Shown: one piece after another, positions 1 through 10,200 of the stretch
Layout of the letters: each line of letters begins with the position of its first letter
Numbering within the stretch: the first letter of the stretch is position 1
Source of the DNA: Pelomyxa schiedti
Taxonomy: Eukaryota; Protista; Evosea
Direction: 5' to 3'
Assembly (NCBI GenBank): GCA_020536535.1
Contig: JAHLWZ010000733.1
Coordinates: 1 to 64,000, forward strand
DNA: 64,000 nt
Program-made: the position numbers and the translations under genes
Notes under the pieces: generated by a model
Database searches by the model: none
The model's input: the letters and a program-made list of their open reading frames with translations, nothing else
What the model was told of the DNA's origin: nothing

Positions 1-436
1 CCCTTCCCATAACCTTCCTTTCCGTTTTCCTCTGTGACCATATGATGGATTCTATGCTACTAGCTCTACATAATAATCCACTGCACACAGGAATCGTTAT
101 GACAGTACTTTGTTCCCTCACATCCCTTGTAATATCTCTATACATCTGACATAAAGAACAAAATGCATAACTTCTTTTCTGATGTAGAACTGTAGCTAGA
201 TTTCCTTCACCCCTGGTTGTTGGTTTTTTCCACCACACCACACAGCACAAGTTCCACATCCAACCAACACACCTCCTGGGAAAACACAACATTGAAAACC
301 CAAAAAGTTCGGTAGCCCCGCAGGATTTGATCCCCTAGAGCATATCTGGTTCATAGGGGCGAAATTTTTTTCATGTAGTTTTCCTCTGTGAATTTTTGCC
401 CTTCGCCCCGCCCTTTTTGCCTGGGGCAAAATTTGA

Positions 437-621
437 TATTGGCCTGACGATTCAAGTTCAGCAGAGCGTGTTGGGTTTGAAAGCCAGTTTCTCTGAAATC
501 TGTCCGTTTTTGGTTGTTGGCACCTTTTTGGGGGTTTCTCCCTTAGAAAAGAACAGAAGAAAATAAATAGAACTTGATCTCTTAATGTAACCACGGGTGG
601 CATGCGCAGCTCCGCGCACTC
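437..621 (-). repeat. Left arm of ~185-bp inverted repeat (partner 2205-2376); exon-intron-exon fragment
   Basis: Reverse complement GAGTGCGCGGAGCTGCGCATGCCACCCGTG...TGAACTTGAATCGTCAGGCCAATA matches 2205-2376 with one ~11-nt indel and a few substitutions. It contains a GT..TTCTAAG intron-like segment. Confidence 0.9.
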
Positions 622-692
622 CCTGCAGGTTGACAACTGTGCCCCCCAGGCATGCAGCGGGGTCTGTGGGCGGTGTGGGTGTGAGGTGAAAA

Positions 693-1639
693 GTCCGCCA
701 CCTAAAACAAATGTATGTGAGATGCGGAAAAAGAGAAAGGAGGCCACATACCAGTATCACAAGGTGCCAGAAATACAGAAATATGCTGTGGTGTGCAACG
801 CTGGGAGCCTGGGTACCAACGCAACCTATCATGGTTGAGTGGGGTTATGATACAAAGGGAGGGGGATTTACCTTGGTGACAAGCTGTCATCTCAGCAGCT
901 GGCAGGCTCTCCTGTGCTTGCCACCTCATCCAGAGGAGGTGACCTAAGGGTAGATGAGAAGGAGAACTGTGGGTTAAAGGACAACTTGCCTATATCAGCA
1001 GCCAACTACAACGGGTAACATCTATCGTGCCATCATCTGCTGTTCCAAACTTGGTCATTCCGGGTGTCTGCCAGCATGTTAGTGGGACCGGGGAAGGCTA
1101 TGGTGGGTACAAACCGAATTCCAAGTCAGTGAGGAACAGTTTCCAAAGGTGTCCGCTTAAGTCTAGGGAAGACGTGAGGGGAAGAAAGAGGAAAGACAAG
1201 GGGACCTACCCAACTTCCCAGTCAGCGTGGAGTGAGTGTAAGTTGGGAACACGGCAGAGTGGAGTGTGGGAGCCCAGTGAGTGGGAGTGTAGGTGTGCAA
1301 GTGCAAGGGGTATTAGTGCTCAGGGGAAGAGGGTGAATGGCGGGTAAAGCCTGCCATGCACTATGTTTGTCAGTGGCGTCCATTGTCCTGTTGTTGTTGA
1401 GTGGTTATAAGACAAGGGAGAGGGAATGTACCTTGGTGATAGATTGTCAGCAGGTCCGCCACCTAAATAATATATGTGAGCTGCAGGGGAAAGAAAAAAA
1501 GAAGCCACCTACCAGCATCACTGTTCAAAGTGCCAGAAATGCAGAAAAGGGCTGTGGTGTACAACACTGGAACCTGGGTCTGGTTACCTACGTATCATGG
1601 TTGGGTGATAATACAAAGGGAGAGGGGGATGGGGATTTA
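693..1639 (-). pseudogene. Decayed, internally duplicated multi-exon gene fragments (diverged direct repeats ~693-870 and ~1453-1639)
   Basis: Both blocks share GTCCGCCACCTAAA...GTGCCAGAAAT.CAGAAA...GCTGTGGTGT.CAAC.CTGG...TATCATGGTTG...ATACAAAGGGAG. On the minus strand both keep a ~50-nt GTA.GTGGC...TTTAG intron. There are stops in the flanking frames. Confidence 0.5.
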
Positions 1640-1795
1640 CCGATTCCCTGCGGCACTCAGTCAGACTTCCGAACCAAGCCAGAGCTGCAGGTATCTTCTC
1701 TGTTTTTCTTTTTCGAGTTCACACTTTATAAGTGAAGGGTCTATGTTGCAGTCAGGAAATGGAACACAATAGTAAGTTTAAACAAGACTAAAGAA

Positions 1796-1884
1796 AAACG
1801 AGACGAGACGAAACGGAGTGGAGCGGAGCGAAACGGAACGGAACGGAACGAAACGGAGCGGAGCGTAACGAAACGAAACGAAAC
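1796..1884. repeat. Degenerate pentanucleotide microsatellite (AAACG/GAACG/GAGCG/AGACG)n, ~17 units
   Basis: AAACG AGACG AGACG AAACG GAGTG GAGCG GAGCG AAACG GAACG... read directly. Confidence 0.95.
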
Positions 1885-2204
1885 TCGAAAGGAATAAATT
1901 GATACGATTACTTCCATCCTCGCTAATAAGCTGAAAAACCAAACATAAACTGAAGAGTTTTTATAAAAAGAAGACGATGACAACCTGCTGTCGATGTGGG
2001 TGTTGCTCTGTCTTCATATGTGGTCCGCCACCGACCCGCTGTCTATGTGGGTGTTGTTTGTTGGTCACGGCTCTGGGCACTTACGTCGGTGTTGTTTCTT
2101 TTTATTGTCGTGCAACTGATTGTTTTCACGGAAAGTGCAGTTCACCAACACAGAGCACTGGCACAGCTGCTGTCACATTCTCTACATGCGAGGCATTGTC
2201 CTGC

Positions 2205-2376
2205 GAGTGCGCGGAGCTGCGCATGCCACCCGTGAGATCAGGTTCTATTTATTTTCTTCTGTTCTTTTCTAAGGGAGCAACCCCAAATGGTGCCAACAAC
2301 CAAAAACGGACAGATTTCAGAGAAACTGGCTTTCAAACCCAACACCCTCCGCTGAACTTGAATCGTCAGGCCAATA
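2205..2376 (+). repeat. Right arm of inverted repeat (partner 437-621)
   Basis: Direct comparison as above. It contains a 42-nt GTGAGA...TTCTAAG intron-like segment. Confidence 0.9.
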
Positions 2377-2689
2377 GGGTGCTCCCGGACTGTCCATGTG
2401 TGTAACGTACTACATAGTACTGAGCTAGTTCCAGAATAAAAAAGAAGTGTAAGTTAGCTTCCAAATGAACAAACAAAGTGGGGCCGCCTTGGATGTATCC
2501 AAAATTGGCTACCAAAAAAAATGTTTTTTTCCCCAGTGTATGTGTGGGTTCTCAAGGAACATTGGGTGTGGGGAAGCGGGGAAGAGCCGGGGAAGCGGAG
2601 CTGGCCCTGAATGTGTGAGTTGCGGGAACAGAAGTGGTTATAACATACCAACGTGAAAGCTAGAAGTGTAACCAGTACTTCAGAACCTG

Positions 2690-3896
2690 TTCAGGTGGGG
2701 ACCACAAGGTCCATCAGCCTATCCCTGACCATGGACGCTGTTATGTCCGGGAACACCCTCAGCAGCATTCTCCAAACTGACGGCTCCACATCTGCGTACA
2801 GTGATACTATTCATAACCTGTGGGCTTTGTGAGTCAAAAAAGAGAAAAGGGAGCTTCTCTACCTCCTCCAGAGTGATGAGGAATGTGCGGGTCAACGACT
2901 CAACACAGCTTGTGGTTGGACATATTCAAATCGCGCAGCCAAAGAGTTATTATGTGATTTCACTTGATCTACATTTATGTGCACATGTTTTTAGAGTTGC
3001 ATGGTGGTATGCAGGCAAGCAATTTAGTTAAGAATATCTATTGTATTGACTGTCACACTGAAAGGCTATCTTCGTAGCCTCGATGACAGCATTCCGTGAT
3101 TACATCATTTAGGAGGTAGTGCTGAGAGATGATGGGGTGGGTTGCTTCCACTTGTTTTGTGGTGGGTCCAGAAATTGTTGTGGGGAATGTAATTAGTGAA
3201 AGAGCAGCTTTAATACCCAAATGTCCCTCCTCACTTAATTTTTTGTACGAGGAGCTTTTCTGCAGGTACTGACAAGAGATCCCATGTTCACGCAGGAGAG
3301 TATGTTAGTTGTAACTTGCACTTGCGCGTAGATAGGTCTGACCTATTAGGTCGCCTTCCAAGTTGGGATTTTCTGTGTACTTTCTGTGATTAATCAAAAA
3401 ACAAGCTTGAGGAACGAACAAAAACGACGGTTTTGTCAGTATTGCCCGTGCGCACTCAACAACACAACTGCAACAAGTGACCATCAATGAATGATACGCA
3501 AGAGAGAGATTAGCATAGAATTCCAACAGAATGGAAATGCACACAAACACAGCCCCAGCCCGAGACTGGATATTTTCGCACTCAACTCCGTCGGCTCATT
3601 GCATACGCAATACACATGTGTGTGAATGGAGTCTCAGCAGAATTCCCCAACGCACGCGGTCACACAATCCGCAATCACGCTTCCGGCACTCTCATCGTCA
3701 ACCCAACACCACAGCGCATCTTTACGCGCAACAATGTCCAGCAACAACAACAACAACAACAACCAGCCAATGGTGTCATCAGGCACGCAACCACCGCGAG
3801 CGATCTCGCACCGCTGCATGGCATTTGTCTGTGTGCGTAACAACAGCGACAGCAACACTGCACGCCCCCACGTCGCAGCGTTGATCTCGGCATCAC
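2690..3896 (-). CDS. Hypothetical multi-exon protein (boundaries uncertain)
   Basis: Protein-like exon segments on the minus strand (MPRSTLRRGG..., ENPNLEGDLIGQTYLRAS, QHYLLNDVITECCHRGYEDSL, VEPSVWRMLLRVFPDITASMVRDRLMDLVVPT) are separated by GT-AG candidates. A poly-A/T tract lies upstream. No family recognised. Confidence 0.3.
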
Positions 3897-4253
3897 CAGA
3901 TCCCTTTCGAAATATTTTAAGTCTCCCGGAGTTGCAAGATCTCAGGTTGCAAAATCTCAGGTTTCCCCTCGATAAAAGGGTGTAAAATCAAAAAAAAAAA
4001 ACAAGGACAACCAACCAACCAACCACGACGACTACTACGGCGACAAGTAAGACTAAAACCAACGGCAACAACGTGCGTCTTTTCCCTGTTTCATTTTTTT
4101 CTTTCCCCGTAAGTTTATTATATTTCTCAGCCAATACTCGCACCACGGTAACGTACAACACACTAACTCAAAAAACTAAGTGGATTCCAATACCTTTTAA
4201 AGGTAAATAGAGGGTTAACCGTACCATTTTTATTTACGAACATCCACTTGCAT

Positions 4254-4890
4254 TTATTTAACAATGAGGTTGTACAATTTACCCATTCTCGAACTTATAC
4301 TTATGTATGCAATAGGAACTTCGAGAGGAGTGCGGGCGGGCTGCTTTTGGCAGGCAAATCCCCAGATAACGCCCCCAGCACTCTTCTTCTCAACAGAACA
4401 GTTGGATTTGGATTTCTGTCTGGTCTCAAGGTTGTACAATTTACCCATTCTCGAACTTATACTTATGTATGCAATAGGAACTTCGAGAGGAGTGCGGGCG
4501 GGCTGCTTTTGGCAGGCAAATCCCCAGATAACCCGAAACCTCTGAATTTCTTAGAAAACAATTGTTTTCCGTTCTCACACCATTTAAAATATCGGTTTTG
4601 TCGGGCAGGAAATTCGGCTGGGCTTTTGCAGGTATTGTGCACTCGGCGTACTCGTGCAGGTATGGTGTGCACCTGCGTGGGGCAGGGCCGACGCTGCCCT
4701 CCTTCCCCGCTTGCCCCCTTGCGCCTGCTGTTGGTGCTTGGGTTGCTTGGGCTGCCAACTGGGTTTTGTTGGTGTGGCTGCTGTGGTTGGTTGTGGTGGT
4801 TGCAGTTATGGGTGCCGCTGTTGGTGGTTGTGGTTGTTGGGGTGCTGGCTCAGACTTACGGAAAACACCACAATTCACTTCCACATGCAC
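4254..4890 (-). CDS. Hypothetical protein with Q/P/T-rich N-terminus and an in-frame duplicated ~34-aa C-terminal segment
   Basis: ORF 4890 joins through a 37-nt GTGAGA..TTCAG intron (4578-4542) to an open frame reading VIWGFACQKQPARTPLEVPIAYISISSRMGKLYNL twice, with a stop at 4254. Confidence 0.3.
4267..4532. repeat. Perfect 104-bp direct repeat x2 (4267-4370, 4429-4532), 58-bp spacer, period 162
   Basis: The two copies AGGTTGTACAATTTACCC...CCCCAGATAAC are identical base for base. Confidence 0.97.
4554..4569. repeat. Perfect 16-bp palindrome GAAAACAATTGTTTTC
   Basis: Equals its own reverse complement. It lies inside the putative 37-nt intron 4542-4578. Confidence 0.95.
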
Positions 4891-4976
4891 TCAATTTCAA
4901 TGGCAAGCCCAACCCCTAAGCCAGAATGGACAAGGTATACCAGTGAGGATGAAGTGCTGCTATCATGTTATAATGT

Positions 4977-5793
4977 TTATAGAGGAAAGAGCATTGACGC
5001 ATCTTCAACATCCACAAGTATATTCATATGAAAGTTCTCAACAGTAACTTCCTTGTAACAACTGAACCAATCAACGTTACCTCAGCCACTATACCAACTG
5101 CCCTTAATATCGTTCCCATATCTACATCACGAACCTAATTGATCCCAAAGTGGCAGTGGAGGTAGTGAGCAGTGACACTGCTTAAGTACTTACAAGGTGT
5201 CAGAAGGTTAAATAAGGAGAAGATAGAAGATCACACATAACAATCCTGCCACATCATAATCTCACGCATTGTGATCGAGTTCTGGAGGACAACCACACAC
5301 TGGAACACTACCGAGTTTTCCATAGAGACACTCTGCTCTTGAAATTCACTTCGCATGTGGGGTATGACCTCAACAGGGTTTTTACAGGTTCTAATTTCAG
5401 GCAGGTCATTGACAAAGCAATGTGTCCAATTCGCACTAAAGGGCAGAATTATGTGAGGTTCTGCACAGGGCTGATTGATTATGGAGAGCTATGAAGGTAT
5501 TGTTCAGACAAATGTTGACTTAACAGATCCACATATGCATTCCACCAGAATATGTGAACAAGGTCTTACTCTCATGTTACAATGTTTACAAGATACTCAG
5601 CATTGAAAGCACAACTGTTCTGGCTGTGAGACACATGGAAGTTCTGAACTACCACGATTACCATAATGACTTTCTTTGCCAACACACACTCACTTGAGGT
5701 AAAAAAGACCACCACCAGAGTCATGCCAAATTTGTTGAAGAAGAGGGTTTGTACCTTTGCTTCAACACCAAGTAGACATTGAAATTGGAACAC
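4977..5793 (-). CDS. Hypothetical multi-exon protein
   Basis: Minus-strand segments (MTLVVVFFTSSECVLAKK..., PHMRSEFQEQSVSMENSVVFQ, DVDMGTILRAVGIVAE, NFHMNILVDVEDASMLFPL*) with short GT-AG candidates. It is divergent from RNase H1. Confidence 0.3.
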
Positions 5794-6005
5794 GGTGGTC
5801 TTATTATATATTTATTTTTATATTTTTTATAAGTGTGTGGCGGGGAGCCGCGGAGGACTGGTCCGAGGTACCTTTGCCACAAAGTGGCTGAATAAAATAA
5901 TCAACAGACCGGAACGCTGTCATTTTCGTTATCGTCGCTCAGGATCGGCGGTCTGGTTTTTTTTATTCTTTTCGAAAATCGTAATTAGAAAACTTTGCGA
6001 CAGAG

Positions 6006-7142
6006 ATGAGTGGATCTACGCAGGAGGATCTCGTCCTTTATGCTGATGGTATGCGTTTAATACAGGTTTTTCTTTTTTTCATCAGTGGTGATGCGCAACA
6101 CCAAAACAGGGTCCTGCAAGAACAACGGAAAGAAAGTCAACTTGCGGGCTGGTGTTGGAGTATTCCACGAGGGTTAGTTGTTGATTGCCACTACTTCTGA
6201 CATTTCTTTTTACTTGCACACAAGAGTACTCGTCATTGAACGTGTGTGAGAGTTGGAGTGAGAGTTTAGGACAACCCACCAACCAACGAGCCGAGTTAGT
6301 GGCTGCTATTAGGGCTATACAGAAAGCCAAAGCAAAAGCACCGCTGCGGACTCTAGAGATAAGGACGGATAGTGTTTATGTTGTAAATGGTGGTTTAAAC
6401 CAACTACTTGAACCATCTAAACCTTGACAGGAATGAAGCAGTGGATTAAAAACTGGAAGAAAAATGGTTGGCAATCTGCTTCAAGGGCACCTGTCTGCAA
6501 TAAAGATTTATGGCAGACATTGGATGCCCTTGCATCAGATACACTGATTGCAAAAAATATTGTATGGACGCACTGCGCTGGACATAGTGGAATGTGCGCA
6601 CGCAGAAAACCTTTTTCTTTTATTGTTTACAATGTGTTCTATATTCAAGATATGGCAACGAAATGGCTAATAAGCTGGCCAATGATGCTGCAGACCAGTC
6701 TGCTCCTTCCGCAATCTTAGAACCAACTGGCCACGTGACCTCCCCCTTGCCTCGTTCTAACTCCTTTTCATCTACCACCACCAGTGCCCAGTCATCACCC
6801 GTCACACCAGTCCGCCTTACTATCTCCGCACCACTCCCGGCTTTGCCCACAATCCAATGTACTACCAAAAACCGCCCATCCACACCACCTCCATCAGCCG
6901 CGACCAACACTCCACCTTCACTCACTCCTGACACCACTCCCTCTTGTACCGCAACATCCGTACCCACACAACCCATGCCGCTGGGAAAGCGCGAAAGGCC
7001 TTTCCCTTCCCCCGACGTGACAGTCTGCACTGAACCTGACTCAAAAAAGTCTTGCATTCAGATACAGATAGTGGTTTCTACAGACAACACCAGCGGCGCC
7101 ATCACTTCTGTTGTTCCGTCTGTCACTCAGTACGACTTGTAA
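6006..7142 (+). CDS. RNASEH1: Ribonuclease H1 (type 1 RNase H) with long Ser/Thr/Pro-rich C-terminal tail; 4 introns
   Basis: Spliced motifs LYADGSCKNNG, RAGVGVF, PTNQRAELVAAI, IRTDSVYVVNG, WIKNWKKNGW, NKDLW, HCAGHSGIYGNEMANKLA. Confidence 0.93.
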
Positions 7143-7221
7143 TCTTAGATACACATTTAAAATAGTTGAACTACCTTATCCGCAACAACAAAGACGAAAA
7201 TTTTATCTTTTTTTATGTTTT

Positions 7222-10200
7222 TTAACAGTTGACTAAAGCAATGTAACGAATTCTTACACGAGCGGGATCGTAAACCTAAGGCAAAGGAGGAGGGTGTTTA
7301 GTGGTAACATAAAATTTGTTGAGCTACATACAATATACTCACAGTGGCTGTTCGGGAAGTACTTGTGTGGTGGGGTTGGCTTGAATTCCGTGGGCTGAAT
7401 TTTGTTTGAGGATTGTTAGTATGATGAAGGGGAAGGGGAAGATTGGGGGTACACACAGGCTTATTTGGGACCATCACACCACAAGGGAGAACAACGGATT
7501 CATTAAAGTCTGGGCCTCGGGAGGCAACGGCTTTGGTGCTGTCAAAGCCCTCTGGGGGAGCTGTCATGTCTGTGTTTTTTTGGTTGTTTTTTTAGATCAC
7601 GGCGCTTTAGACTTGGTTTGGTGGTTACATTTATCTTCGTAGAACTCAGCCATTTTTCCCATTGCAACTTCACATAGAAGAAGTAACCCCTGGGAACCAT
7701 AGTGCGCTCTGCAGTAACCAACACTCTTCTCCAGCATATCTGCGAAGTAGATGCCCTTACCCCACCGGTAGCCAGTTGAAGGGGCTTCAATGGGAGCGAT
7801 GCACAGACCCTTCACAAGAATGCCAATAAAGTTAGAAACGGAGGAACCGTGCCACTAAAAAAAAAAGGTTAAAGAAAATTCAGAGGGAGGGTGGATGTCA
7901 ACAAGTAACAGCCGATTTTCACAAGTTTCAAAGGGTGCAAAGCGGGTAACTTCCTCCTCCCTTCTAACTCTGAAGAAAGTTTTCACAGTATCACGGTGAG
8001 AATATGTGTTTCGGGCGTATTTGAAAAGCAGCTACAGTTTTTGTAAGATTAATAGTTGTAATTTCGGCATCACACTTTAGCTTCTGTTGAAGTTTTGGGA
8101 ACTTCTTCAATAGAAATGTTGAGAGCTCGGAAGCAATAGTCGAAGGGATTCATTGAGGTAATATTAGCCTGAGCACCAAGAATAACCTTTTTTGGCCATT
8201 GTTATCAGTAACCTGAAGCGGAAAAGAGGTACCTTTGCTGCCACTTCAAGATTCAGAAGGGAGTGTATCATTTCAAGCTTGCTGGATATGTCTTTCATCT
8301 TCTCAAGTGGTTTCATGGGGGAGTTTTTGAATTCACCGTGAGGTATGAGTTCATAAAACTTCGAACTCTTAGTAAGGGACTAAGGCGATATCTTTACGAC
8401 CTTGTTGCTGAGATCCACAATTTTTTGGAAGACTTCAGAAATTTTTTCAGAGACAAGGGGCAAAGCTTGTGTAACAGAGGTATATTCCTCGGAAACAGCT
8501 TTCAGTTGTAAAAGAAGGGCACCTGCTTCCTCCAAGGTCGATTTTTGTAGCATTCCAAGAGGCATCAAGTGCTGGATTGCTCGCGTGAGATAAATGGAAA
8601 TAAAAAAAACCGCGTACCGTGTTAATTCCACTCGTTTTCATAGCTTGTGTTAGTGCAGACATGTCGGAAAGAAGTTTGATAAGCTCACAGATGCTATCCG
8701 GCAAATGGGATGGCGGGTATGTGTCAGGTTTGTTAAACGGCACCATGAAATCACGCAAATCAAATTTGCGGTGGTCTAGAAGAACCATGTTATATTTTCC
8801 CTTTTGTTTTTGGAAATGCTCTCGGTTACTCCAAAGGTTTCCAGATTTGGCCTATCTGGGTGAAAAATGAAAACAAAAAGTGAGAAACTACCTTGAAGAT
8901 ACTTTCAAACTCTTTGATGCACTCCGCACAATTGGAGAATGGAGTGTTCTGGAATTGCCCTGATAGAGGTGAGGTTGGTTTGGGGTGTGCTGCGGATTTA
9001 CCTGGGTCTCCCACTCTCCCCCATCGGTTCCACAAAATGTAAATATCCTTAACACTGTTGTAGAGAACTTGCATCTTATAGAACCTGGAAAAATAACCTC
9101 AAAACGAGATGAAAAATAACCATGTAACTACATGTTAACGCCATAGGCTCCACTCTTGATGTCCACTTTCATCATCAACAGGTCGTAAATATCTCCGGTT
9201 GGAGAAATGTAGACAGACACAGCATCACCAACGTTGAGCTTGGCTCTGTCGTCGACCTGAGAAGGGTTAACAGACCGTACACAAACAGAATAAATACCTC
9301 TGGAACACTAGAAACGACAGCAGTGGAGCGTGCCAAGTCTATCACTTTTTGAGCGTCCCCCATATAATCCACTATCGGCGGGAAGGCCACTGAAGTAACA
9401 GTACGGGATATCTTTCTACGTTCTTCTTCCACAATGCCGAGCTCGGAGAACGCCCGGAGCATCTTGGGCCTTTAAGACTTATGGTACAACAATGTTGTTC
9501 ATACCCTCTTGTCCCCTTGGAGATTGGAATAATGCACGGGTGTGAAGCCAGCTTTATCGGGAATTCTGGGGTCAGCACCATGCTGAATGAGATACTTGAG
9601 CATCTCCACATTTTCGTAGGAACCAAATCTCAGGGGATTCACCTACATTACTCGTTAAACATATGAAGAGCGACGGAGGTACTTACGCAGTGATGCAGTA
9701 CAGTCTTTCCTAATATATCTTGGAGGTTCATGGAGGGTTTGGGCTTGGAAAGAACCAAGAAATTGACCGCACCCATGTTATTTTTGCGCACAACGATCAT
9801 CAAAGGTGTCATCCTACCCAGACACGTGAACACTTCAGGAAAAAAAAGGTGACACACCCCCTGTCATCAGTCTGATTAATATCAGCACCATAGTCCAGCA
9901 GCATTTTTGCAGTTCCTTGGTACTCCCCAGATGGTCTTTGTGAAAATGCACCAGCCAGGAGTGATCTGGAAGAAATAAGTGTTTTATTACAAACTTGGTG
10001 CAGTACCGAATTAAAAGAGTAGTAGAATGTGTTTTCAAGGGTTCTCTGAATGTTAAATTCAGTTTGCACCGCGCAGAAAGGAGAAGTGCTGATATTTCGC
10101 CAATGTAACTTATCCTGGAGCCCTATGTTGTTTCGTAGTCAATTTATACTGTAAACAGGAAAACATCTAAGCATACAGAGAGCGAGTAAATGAGTGGAGT

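Noticed and set aside
1796-1884. Telomeric or subtelomeric repeat
   Set aside because: It is short, internal and degenerate, consistent with an ordinary microsatellite.
4422-4432. GGTCTCA|AGGT looks like a BsaI Golden Gate junction at the repeat boundary (synthetic contamination)
   Set aside because: It is a single 6-bp site with no opposing site and no vector, marker or origin sequence anywhere in the window, so it is compatible with chance.
6006-7142. RNase H as a retrotransposon remnant
   Set aside because: It has four spliceosomal introns and cellular RNase H1 motifs (WKKNGW, NKDLW). No RT, integrase, gag or LTRs are nearby.
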